A stretch of 63,378 nt of DNA, counting the filler, from Pelomyxa schiedti (lineage: Eukaryota > Protista > Evosea): NCBI GenBank assembly GCA_020536535.1. It is 10 parts of 10 records of this genome, joined end to end, with 100 filler letters (N's around TTAATTAATTAA, not from the genome) between each part and the next. Parts side by side here need not be neighbours in the genome. Positions count along the whole stretch, not along the records: positions 34,815 to 55,894 come from JAHLWZ010000678.1; positions 55,995 to 57,888 come from JAHLWZ010000623.1; positions 57,989 to 59,600 come from JAHLWZ010002386.1; positions 59,701 to 61,939 come from JAHLWZ010002056.1; positions 62,040 to 63,378 come from JAHLWZ010002582.1; 5 more parts are not named here. One strand, given 5' to 3'. This document shows positions 53,654-63,378 of the stretch, piece by piece. The first letter of the stretch is position 1. Every line of letters begins with the position of its first letter. The notes beneath the pieces are model-generated. The model saw nothing but the letters and a program-made list of their open reading frames with translations. It was not told the origin of the DNA and did not search any database. A program made the position numbers and the translations under genes.

Positions 53654-55195
53654 TTAGGACTTGCCCTTATTGGACAAATCGAATTTCATGTCCTGAAGCC
53701 ACAACAGCTTTTCCAGATAGTTGGTACACACAAACTGGTGCACTCGTTTCTTCTTCTTGAAGAGCTTGGAGCGGTCAGCCGTAACCTCAAATCCCATAGG
53801 GAATTTCGTGGAATCCTGTATTTGTGCTGTTGCCAGTTCCACAGCCACTAATTTGCATCTTCCAAAGCGAGAAGCCGGTCTGGCATACAGCAAGTGTGTA
53901 GGAGTGAGTAGTGTGTATGTGTCCTGTGCTTTGCCTTTGTCAAGTATAACCTGCAGAGTTCCATCGCGGATCACTTTGACTCCTGTGGGAAGTGCGGCCG
54001 GAATTGTGGGATCATTCATAACGGCCTCGCATAGGGAGCAAAGGTGCTCTATCTTTTGTGCATTGGCCACGTTGGCATTGATGTCCGCTATGAGGCCTTG
54101 TGTGAATGTGATACTTGCTTCAAGTGCTTCATGTTCTTCAGTGTTCTCGCGTGGCACAACCTTTTGCATCTCTCGAAGAAGAAGAGGATATCTAGATATG
54201 ATGTGGGTACAGGTTGCAGTGTTTGTTTGGGTGAAGTGACAGTTCGAGTGGCATGTGTTTATTGGTGTTTTCTCTGGTTATGGGGAAAGAGGCACACCGG
54301 CAAATTCGTTGAACGGGTTTAATAAGGAAACCCTTTATCTCTAGTGACTTGCATTCTGGTCGCTGACGGCACTGCACGAGAAATTCGTGAAATTTTGGAT
54401 TTTTGTCCAGAGCGTCAATAGTTTGCAAAACCTGCAACAAGTAAAAATTGTGCCAATTCTCTTCAAAACGTTACTCACTGCATCTTGCCTTCTACAGTAT
54501 ATAGAATACGCCTTGGAGAGTTCATCTTGTAGAGATAAAAAGGCATTCCCCACTGGAGGAGGGGAGTGTGGTTGAGCTTTCAGAATGGCTGCTGCTTCCT
54601 TAAGTTTCCCGAGCAGTTGTCTAATGAATGTTTAACTAATCTTGTATATAAGGTCACCACACCTATTTATTGCCGGTAAATCTCTGACATTGATGAAAAT
54701 TAGTGATATATCTTTCTCTGAAACAAAATCGGAAGATTCCAGAGGTGTTAAAAATACAGAGATGATTATCTCCAGATCTGCAACATAATTTTCCTGCAAG
54801 AGGTTATACAATATAAATGCGACTTGGATCCACCTCTGTGAAGCAGAGTTCTTGCATTACATGCATACGAGACACCTCCATTTCATTTAGTGTTGAGTCC
54901 TATTACCGGAGTGATTTAGTGGGAGTAAAAGGATGATGGAAAAACCTCTCCTTGTTCTGGTACAAAAAATGCTTGTAATGAAGCAGTAGAAGCGGATCGT
55001 GTAAGAGATTCCTTATGTGATATTATTTATCAAAGCAACAGTTTTTTTATGATTATTATTAGAAAGTGAGAGACGACTGTTTGTACCCCTGGAGGCGGTG
55101 TTGTTGCTCTTGTGGGTGTTGAGGATGGTATCTGCTGCGGCGCTTGAGGAGAGCCCGGCAGTGGAGGGGTAACAGATTGAGTAATGGGAGTTGAA
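53654..55195 (-). CDS. DH-PH RhoGEF (5' end lost in gap)
   Basis: RMHVMQELCFTE|ENYVADLEII..FLTPL, AYSIYC, FLIKPVQRICR|YPLLLREM, then a PH-like domain ending EKLLWLQDM. Confidence 0.9.
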
Positions 55196-55295
55196 NNNNN
55201 NNNNNNNNNNNNNNNNNNNNNNNNNNNNNNNNNNNNNNNNNNNNNNNNNNNNNNNNNNNNNNNNNNNNNNNNNNNNNNNNNNNNNNNNNNNNNNN
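55196..55295. other. Scaffold gap (100 N)
   Basis: N run without the linker core. Confidence 0.99.
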
Positions 55296-55894
55296 ACAAC
55301 CAAAGTTGCACGTGACAACTATGACTAGAGATCTACCACGAAACTGCAATACTAAAGCCAAACCAACCTTAACAGCACGTGTTTGTTCTTCCCTGTTTGC
55401 GTTTTTCTTTCCCCCCCTATCGCAGTTTTTGTCACGCATACCACACAAAATTTAAGACACAATACTCCCACCATGTTTCGTACTACACTGGCTTTAATAG
55501 TTACTGGAATCCACTTGGTGTTAATATGCGTTTTAAAGAATTTTCGACTTTGACTTTGACGAGAATTCCAGCAATTTGCAGCAAGGTATCTTGAGTACCT
55601 TACAAGAGTTCACTAACCGGACCAACAGGGACCGCCACACCCACCTCCCTCCACAAACGAATTTGCCCTTTCGTGTAAAATGCTTTTCTCCTAAATAAAA
55701 AAAATCGCTGCCTCGCTGTTGTGTTGTGTGGCTGCTGGCATTGGGGGAAAGACGTGTGGGGTGTATTTTGTACAGGGGGTAGGTACCTCACACGGGCAGT
55801 TGCCCCAGCGACCGCCATTACGGTACGCCGTAACCCCTGCGCGCGCGCATGTGCAGGTGGCCCAACTGCCGCACGAGAAACAACCCTGCAATGC
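55296..55894. repeat. Dispersed ~0.6-kb repeat, copy 2 (bounded by a gap and the contig end)
   Basis: Matches 35447-36021 with small indels and lacks the 60-nt hairpin. Confidence 0.9.
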
Positions 55895-55994
55895 NNNNNN
55901 NNNNNNNNNNNNNNNNNNNNNNNNNNNNNNNNNNNNNNTTAATTAATTAANNNNNNNNNNNNNNNNNNNNNNNNNNNNNNNNNNNNNNNNNNNN
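55895..55994. other. Artificial contig linker
   Basis: N44-TTAATTAATTAA-N44. Confidence 0.99.
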
Positions 55995-56712
55995 TCCATG
56001 CCAAAAAAAGATAAAGACGACATACACAAAAGAAAAACAAGGAAGTGATGCGGTGTGCCGAGGGTCGACCGTGGCCGTGGCCGTGCCGGTGGTGCGTAGT
56101 GGTGGCGGAACGGTGTTGTGTTGGAGGCGGTGAAATTATGGGACACGCCGGGCCAACAGTCCACACCACTCCCGCAGTGTGCTTCAAATGGTAGTGTGGG
56201 TTGTGGGATTGGGCTACAAAGTACCTACACATCATTATTCAACAGATGGAACACTACGGCATTTTCGGCAAACAGCGGAATCTGTAACAGAATCAGCAGC
56301 AGCACACAGAGACAGGCACTACTTACTGTTCTGATATTATGACTTGAGTGACACCTTCGGGGGCATATTTCTTCTGCATCAACAATCTTGTGGGGAAGAG
56401 TATCTTTTTGAGAGCAACCAAGGACAGCTGGCAAGCTGGAGCAATGCCACTGCCTTCCTGCTTAGTATTATTGCCTCTGCTGGGCTGGCAAGTCACATTG
56501 CAATTGCAGTATGAGTGCAGCAAAGAAACGCAGGGCTTAGGCTGTCTTACTCCTCAACCCAGAAATTTAATTGCCTTGTGTGGCGGGACAAAGGACCAGA
56601 AGAGAAACTTCGGGGTGCTGCGGTGTATATGAATGATGCTGAACGAGGGAGAACTTCTTCAACTGGTGTGAGTGTGACCGCAGGAGATCGAGTATGAGGC
56701 CTCCTCAGCTCC

Positions 56713-56812
56713 NNNNNNNNNNNNNNNNNNNNNNNNNNNNNNNNNNNNNNNNNNNNNNNNNNNNNNNNNNNNNNNNNNNNNNNNNNNNNNNNNNNNNNNN
56801 NNNNNNNNNNNN
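56713..56812. other. Scaffold gap (100 N) flanked by an 81-bp duplicated overlap
   Basis: 56632-56712 is repeated exactly at 56813-56893. Confidence 0.95.
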
Positions 56813-57888
56813 AATGATGCTGAACGAGGGAGAACTTCTTCAACTGGTGTGAGTGTGACCGCAGGAGATCGAGTATGAGGCCTCCTCAGCTCCATTGCCT
56901 CACTCTCACGGCAGCATGGAGCTCTCTCTCTCTCTGTTTCGCATCATCATGGAACCCCACCCCGTAACATATTACCTGCTCCTACCCTTCTTACTCTTCC
57001 CCTAGTCCAAACAGAATCCTCATCCACTCCACAATGAAAAATAAAGAGGAGACCAAGTGCTGGTTGGCGTTCGATACGATTCGATTAGAAGTCACCAGCA
57101 GAATATCCCCGTCCTCGGAATCCTCAATACATAGTAGATTCCATCGGTTTAAGAAAAAAATGTGTACATCTTGCCCGGGTACAAATTCAACAACTATGCA
57201 GTTCGTAAGTACGAACAATTGTAGTCGAACTTAAAACTTCCAACAAAAGGGAAAAAAAAAGAAACAAACAATCGGGAGCATGGAGCGCTTGGTACCAACG
57301 CTTGCGCACAGGCATCAAGCGAAATTGTTTTGCTTGACCTCTGTTTTTCCATCAATTTTGTGTTTCTGTCTTCATTGAGGGCCATCCTTATTGAAGAGGA
57401 CAGAGAAAACCGTGGGGTGAGTGGGATGGTGCGTACCAGGCTTTGCTGAAGCGGAACATGCTCTAAGACTCTCCACTGTCCAAATACGAAAAATCTACGA
57501 AACGCAGTCGAAGTTGTTCGCTGCGCCGTAAGTGCTGAGCTGAAAGACAAAGAAAAACTGTGCACACGCTTTCCACGTAAAACCAACTACAAGTCAGAGT
57601 GTCCTTTATGTCTATTATAACGTCCTTTCTGTTGACAAGCCGGCGACTTCTACCGAAACTGCCCTCCTTGTGAGGTCAGCTAGTGCGAGTGCCTCTCACA
57701 TCGGATTGATACCACTGTGTGGATATGTTCTAGGAGCTTTGCATCAACGAGTTGGTGGCAAAATGTTCAAACCCATGGAGAGCCCATCCTCGCAGGAAGA
57801 GACATGTGTAACCAATGAAATTGGGTCGGTTGACTTATGTGCCGTTCCAAAGAGTGGTGATATTAAACAAGGTTAAATGGGAAAGCTC

Positions 57889-57988
57889 NNNNNNNNNNNN
57901 NNNNNNNNNNNNNNNNNNNNNNNNNNNNNNNNTTAATTAATTAANNNNNNNNNNNNNNNNNNNNNNNNNNNNNNNNNNNNNNNNNNNN
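57889..57988. other. Artificial contig linker
   Basis: N44-TTAATTAATTAA-N44. Confidence 0.99.
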
Positions 57989-58254
57989 CCCCTCATGAGT
58001 CCCACTGGGCTACGCACTCCGCACCTGTCAACAATGGCCCCAGTTGCCAGTGCAACGAACTGGTCACGGGCCGATATAACTCCCTCAATAACGGCTGCTT
58101 CTGTTGGGGCCTGTTGGTCCCGAAATCGAAGTGGCAGCAGAGGAGGCGGCAAACCCCCCCTGCGAGTTGATGGATCAACTCGTTCCGATGGAAGTCCACT
58201 GGTTGTGCTACGGACCTGCTTCTTGGCTGGTGGTAGCACCTCTCGGACTTTCAT
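57989..58254 (-). CDS. N-terminus of another expanded-family member (truncated)
   Basis: MKVREVLPP...SARDQFVALATGAIVDRCGVRSPVGLMR at the contig edge. Confidence 0.65.
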
Positions 58255-58513
58255 TGTGTGCGATTCGTTTTCGATTTGGTTTGTTCTCGTTTTTGTTTTG
58301 ATGGGGTGCAGTGAATCGGCGTTCGATGCCGCTGGGTGCCGAGTCGCAGAGTATTTGCCGCACCAGGGGCTTGCCGCCGCGGCGCTAATATGCCGCAGGA
58401 GCCTGCCCATTGTGTCCCGCGAGTGCCGAGCGCGACTGGCGGCGGCACTGCCCCCCAGCGGGAGACCAGCGGTGGCCACACAGCTGGATCTCCCCTTGTG
58501 CGTGGGGGGCATC

Positions 58514-59600
58514 ATGATGGAGCCGGAGAGGGGGTGGGGGAGGGGGAGGGGACACTGCGGGAGCGAGGGGGGGTGCGTTGGGTGCTGTTGGTGGTGGCTG
58601 CGGGTGCTGCGGGACTATTTTTGCTGCGGGTTCCAGCGCGCTGCGATGCAGATCGCGTTTTTGTCCGAGGAAGGCCGCGTCCTGCTCCTAGGTATGCACG
58701 CATTCACTGCTGCCTTTCTTTCGCTTAACGCGTTTGTTTTTGTTTTATATCTTTCACATATTTTTAGCTTTGTATACCAAGGTTTTAACATTTAAATTAA
58801 AATTGTACATCTTTGATATTAATTGTAGAGCGGATGCGGCCGATGTGTATTCCATGTACACTGGATGAACCTTTCTGTCCTGGACCCAGTTTAACGATAG
58901 GAAAATTACCACCTTTGCTGCTTCCTTCATCATTGGCTTTGTGGTGGGATGCTGTCAACGAAATCACTCAGGGTGATGTAAATAGAATACCGGGATGTAC
59001 TATAAGTAATAGTGGATTCACCAAAGCAGATATTGCTGCGGTAATGGCCCTGAATGCTTTGGATTCAAGGGAGGAAATAGGAGATGGAAGTTATTACGAG
59101 CGGGCATTGTTCATGGTGCTTTTGCTTAAAGATGGAAGATTTGGTCTCGTTTGTGAAGGCTCCTATATTGACAGTATTCGCAGCCACATGTATGTAAGGA
59201 CCAGTGTATGGGTGGCTCCTACTCTGCATGACCTTGTGTATTTTGCACTCGGAGATAAGGAGAGGAGAATACTTTCTGTTTCCATTCTCCCATTTGACGA
59301 TTACCCTAGTGCAGAAAACCTCCATTTCTCCACCAGATACAAGAAGGTGAAGCCACACAGGAGACAAGTGGAACATGGCGATAAGAGCTACCACCTGGAG
59401 ATTGCTGAGCCACAAGGATACACTCTGGATACATGGCTGGATCACGCAATTACACAACAGGACATAGCCCCGGACCAAGTAATGTACACCCATACACCCA
59501 GTTCAAGCTCTGGTGATGCCGAGATATACCAAGAGTTCCAGGACACATGGGCATTCCTGACAGGTTCATACACGCCACTGGCGTACCTACCTCACCTGCC
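58514..59600 (+). CDS. Hypothetical protein, two exons (3' truncated)
   Basis: ATG at 58514, GT-AG intron at about 58692-58828 in the correct phase, then a long open frame (ORF 58813 onward) with protein-like composition. Confidence 0.7.
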
Positions 59601-59700
59601 NNNNNNNNNNNNNNNNNNNNNNNNNNNNNNNNNNNNNNNNNNNNTTAATTAATTAANNNNNNNNNNNNNNNNNNNNNNNNNNNNNNNNNNNNNNNNNNNN
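59601..59700. other. Artificial contig linker
   Basis: N44-TTAATTAATTAA-N44. Confidence 0.99.
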
Positions 59701-60090
59701 AGCACATTGGTGTGTCTGTTGGCCGTTGGCGTGCTGCAAACTGTGTGCACACTGTTTTCCCAGAAAAACGCTCGTTTTTTGATCGTGTGCACACCGAAAA
59801 AGTTTGGGCAGTCCCAACAGTGTGTGTGACACGCTCACGAACCACCACAGCGGCATCAGGCGGTTCGTCGGCGACAGGGCTGCGCCGACCGCGGCGTTCC
59901 TGGCTACACCCATGACCCATTTCCGGCCGATTTTGTGGCAGAGAACCTGGTGGGGGAGCAGTCGCAGCGGCGACTGTGACGTGCACCGTCCCACAATTCC
60001 CCCAGTGCACATCGCCACAAATTGGTCTCGCGCCCATGGCATGTTTTGTGGTTGTGGGAGCGCAGAAAGTGGTGCGTTGCCGGATGACAT
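59701..60090 (-). CDS. N-terminus of another expanded-family member (truncated)
   Basis: WARDQFVAMCTGGIVGRCTSQSPLRLLPHQVLCHKIGRKWVMG...VSVSHTLLG. Confidence 0.7.
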
Positions 60091-61135
60091 TTAGGTGAAG
60101 TCCAAAAACAGGAAAATTTTGGCCCTACCCTCTGTCTGGAATTTTTTTTTTGTTCAGCAATGTGGGTTTATGATTTGTTGGTTGATGTTGTTGAGGGTGA
60201 TACAGATTCGTGGGTGGTGGAAAGACTTGTGAGAAATAGCGAAGAAAGGACATTCTTGCTTTGGATTGAAATCGCAGACCAGCTCCTTTTCCTCTCCACC
60301 ATTGGGTTACAGGGTCGGGCCAAAATTTTTTCGTTTGGGAAAAAATACGCGGGAAAAGAATTGAATTACTTTTTTTCCGAATTACTTCTGGTTACCGGGA
60401 AGGAGAGGCACACATAAATAGATCTCACACTGTGATTTCGAATCACACCCAGAGTGGGTTCCAAGCTGTTCCCAAAGGGTGGTCTCAAAATGTGAAAAAA
60501 CACTACCCAAGTGGAGAAGGTGGAGGTAAAATCACAACGGGCTCGATGTGGGAGCTCTCAATGTGGACACACAGTGGTCCCCAGGTGGTCCCTGTTCCAG
60601 CCCCTCTGCCCCATGTACTTTATGAAAGCAAATATTTTTTTTTCTTTTGCCTGAAGTGGAGAACCAACTTCAGGCCAGGAATAGTCCAGTCCACCACCAA
60701 CTGTACAAGGTGAAACGAGAAAAAGAAGAAATAAGAAACCATACCAGTGGCTGGCTGAGCTGCTGAAAGTCACAGAGGGCCCCAATGCCAACACTCCCAT
60801 GTGCATACAGCGTGAATGCAGAAAAGGACCTAGAGGTGAGCTATATTTTGGGGGGGGAGGGGGGGGGGGGACTCAAGAAGAGGAATACTGGTGGAATGGA
60901 GCCGACCCGCACGCACACACATTCTGCTGACATCGGCAACACCACCTGGTTTTCAAATGTGAGAAGTCAAAAAAGAAAAATGGAGAAAAGAAATGGAAAC
61001 ATACCACTGTGCCCCTTCTCCTCGTCATGGAATCTTCAATGACCTGTGTTGTTCCTAGTGGTGAATTCAATTTGTGTGGTGAATCCGCCCTCAGCAGCAT
61101 GACCAGCATCACCATTTCCACACTTACACCCACAA

Positions 61136-61589
61136 AACGTGGTTCAGCATCCACCATCATAACACAACGTGATTCAGCACCCACAAGCATCACACAAACA
61201 AAACGTGGTTCAGCATCCACTCTCACTACACAACGTGATTCAGCACCCAATTCACACCACCAAGCCCATCCCATTCCCCCTCACCCACACCATAATACCC
61301 ACAAAACGTGATTCAGCATATCTCTTTGAGTCTGGGTGCATAATTTTACCGTTAAAAAAGACTGAGAAATTTAATTTTTTTGGAATTTTTTTTATGAGAT
61401 CTCCTCAACAGGACTTGCTTGCCCACGGGTGTGTGGCTGTGTTCATGGGGGTTGTCAAGTAACCCCCGAGGGCCCCTGTTGGGGCACCCAAGTCCTTGCT
61501 GTTGTCGCAAAATATCGAAATTGCCTTATTGGGCAAATTATGCACCCGGACTCAAAGAGATATTCTCACAGTCACAACGTGATTCAGCA
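61136..61589. repeat. Six copies of AACGTG(G/A)TTCAGCA
   Basis: Copies start at 61136, 61166, 61202, 61232, 61305 and 61576. Confidence 0.9.
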
Positions 61590-61939
61590 CCCACCGCCAT
61601 TACACAACTGTTTCCTTCAGTGGGAAGGAAGGAAACTGCACCAAAGGAGAACAAAGAGGCACAAAGTATTTTATTCATCTTGGAATGGATGGATACATTT
61701 GGGTGTGTTTGTGTTGAGGTTTTTTGTATATTTTGTATTGGGATTCTTGGTATTTTTTTGTATAGAAATGAGGTGACTTGGTGTGCGTTTATAAAGGATT
61801 CCAAAGTCAAGGGAAAGGCTTGGGTATCTCGATGATCTTTCTGTGAACTTGATTTCCGAACTTGGTAAGTGATGACTCAGCCTCTGAGTCTCCAGTCTCG
61901 AGTCTTGCGAGTGCGCCTTGCGCACAGTTTGCCTGTGTG

Positions 61940-62039
61940 NNNNNNNNNNNNNNNNNNNNNNNNNNNNNNNNNNNNNNNNNNNNTTAATTAATTAANNNNN
62001 NNNNNNNNNNNNNNNNNNNNNNNNNNNNNNNNNNNNNNN
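61940..62039. other. Artificial contig linker
   Basis: N44-TTAATTAATTAA-N44. Confidence 0.99.
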
Positions 62040-63378
62040 TAATCTGTGAATGGTTGTTTGGGTTTTTTCGACCTGTTTAAGGGAGGGCGGTACGAAACAC
62101 CACATGGTGATTCGACGAAGTGAATTTTGATTTTGCTGCCTTTGGTTTCGTTGATTTGGGCTGCTTTCCTTGCCAGGAGACAGGACCAACCGGGACTTTG
62201 ATGTTGATGTGACCTAATCTAATCTTTGTTGAAAAAGGATGTATAATCACGCACCCGGTACGTGGTTCTTTCGCCGCAGTACACATTTGGCGAACGTGCA
62301 GTCCGACCTCTGAAGAGGTTGCAGAAGTGCAGTTGGTTTTCTGTGGCTCATCAATCACCATCACTCTTTATCACTGAACATCATCCCGTTCAGGGAACCA
62401 CAATTTTGTGATGACAAAACAAACCTTGAGAGGAAAACCGACTCCTACGACAACTGCGCACAGCACTCACTCATCCCAGATTGAAGAGATCAGTCTCAGA
62501 TAGGAGGCAACTTAGGATCCACAGAACCGCCTCATAGTACATCGAGGGGGCCCATCTTATGCCCCAGTATCGTCTGTTGAAGTTGGAAGTCGCTGGGCGT
62601 GCCCATTTTTGGCCCTTTGAGGGCCAACGACTCCACTCATGTCTGCGGTCACAACGTCGGTGGTGCTGATTTCGTTCATGAGAAGGCAATGATGTTCAGT
62701 CTCATACTCAAAACACAATAAACAGTGTCACCACAAATTGGAAATTTCTGGCACTGTAGTACCAACTTGGGACTCGATGGGGTCCCCATATGTTTGTATG
62801 GCAGGTCACAGTGACGAGACAGCAGATCAAGATTTTTCGGGAACAAGAATCAAAAAGGCACGAGCCAAAAACAGCGTCACCAATTTTTTTTTCTCTTTGT
62901 TGGTTTGTTTTTCGCAGCCGACACCACAGTTATTTTGGTTCTTCGGCAGAGAAAAGACAAAGAAAAATTAAAACCTCTTTGGCAACAAACACCGTCAACG
63001 GTTTTGTCGCAACACCTGGGCACCCATCGGCCGACGCAAAATAACACACAAAACCACAGTAAGTAGGGTCAGATCCGCGGCGTTGTCGGTTGTGTGTTTG
63101 TTGTTACGTAGTCGGCGACACTAACGAAGCGACCAGGGCCCTGCAAAAAGGCTATATTTTGTTTCCCACTCTCCGCATAAAATCGACTTTGTTTCAGCGA
63201 TATTAGAATGAGTCAACCTCCGGACGGTATTTGTTGTTGGTCTTTTCTTGATCTTCTTTTTTTTTGGTTCAGTGTGTTGGTTGGAGGTTTTTAATGCACA
63301 ATCACTTTGCTTTTTTCCTTGTTACTTTGGGTTCTTCCAACACCAACCAAACTTCCAGAGAATCTTCCCACATCATCT

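Noticed and set aside
35447-55894. Direct repeats ~20 kb apart as LTRs of one giant element
   Set aside because: The interior consists of ordinary housekeeping genes with no RT, integrase or transposase, and copy 2 is isolated by a gap and the contig end.
56632-56893. 81-bp direct repeat
   Set aside because: The copies abut both sides of a 100-N gap; an unmerged assembly overlap.
55995-57888. Short ORFs on this contig (e.g. 56991..57218, 57194..57586)
   Set aside because: Protein-like in places but stop-interrupted, and I could not assign a family or a consistent exon chain.
61136-61318. CRISPR-like repeat-spacer array or tRNA T-arm remnants
   Set aside because: The 14-nt repeats are too short, the spacers are related to one another, the context is eukaryotic with no cas genes, and no cloverleaf forms.
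62040-63378. Possible minus-strand gene on the last contig
   Set aside because: Intron-like signals are present, but no coherent ORF or recognisable motif.

Overview
This is eukaryotic DNA, not one locus. Ten unlinked contigs are joined by artificial N44-TTAATTAATTAA-N44 linkers, and there are two internal 100-N gaps. Genes are densely packed, with many short GT-AG introns (mostly about 40-80 nt). A CudA-family transcription factor points to Amoebozoa. The compact intron-rich layout, the Roco kinase and a recurring lineage-specific family suggest an archamoeba such as Pelomyxa, but this is inference only. Conserved genes recognised: importin-alpha, importin-5 (3' end), a TBC RabGAP, SdhC, ASCC2, an L-type lectin, CudA, PHF5A, an RBM41-like RRM protein and a DH-PH RhoGEF. 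The most unusual items are: (1) a spliced fusion of a Cys-to-Ser calpain with three LIM domains and a His-rich repeat; (2) a kinase-Roc-COR-kinase Roco protein; (3) a duplicated two-gene cassette of TRAFAC-like GTPases; (4) a Rho-Kelch-F-box architecture with frame disruptions; (5) an intron-bearing, bacterial-type D-Ala-D-Ala-ligase-like gene whose catalytic Glu needs a 2-nt micro-exon; (6) a stand-alone DUSP-UBL protein; (7) perfect hairpins with 16-nt loops; and (8) sharply CpG-depleted relic segments. All exon models were derived by eye, so many gene ends are approximate.
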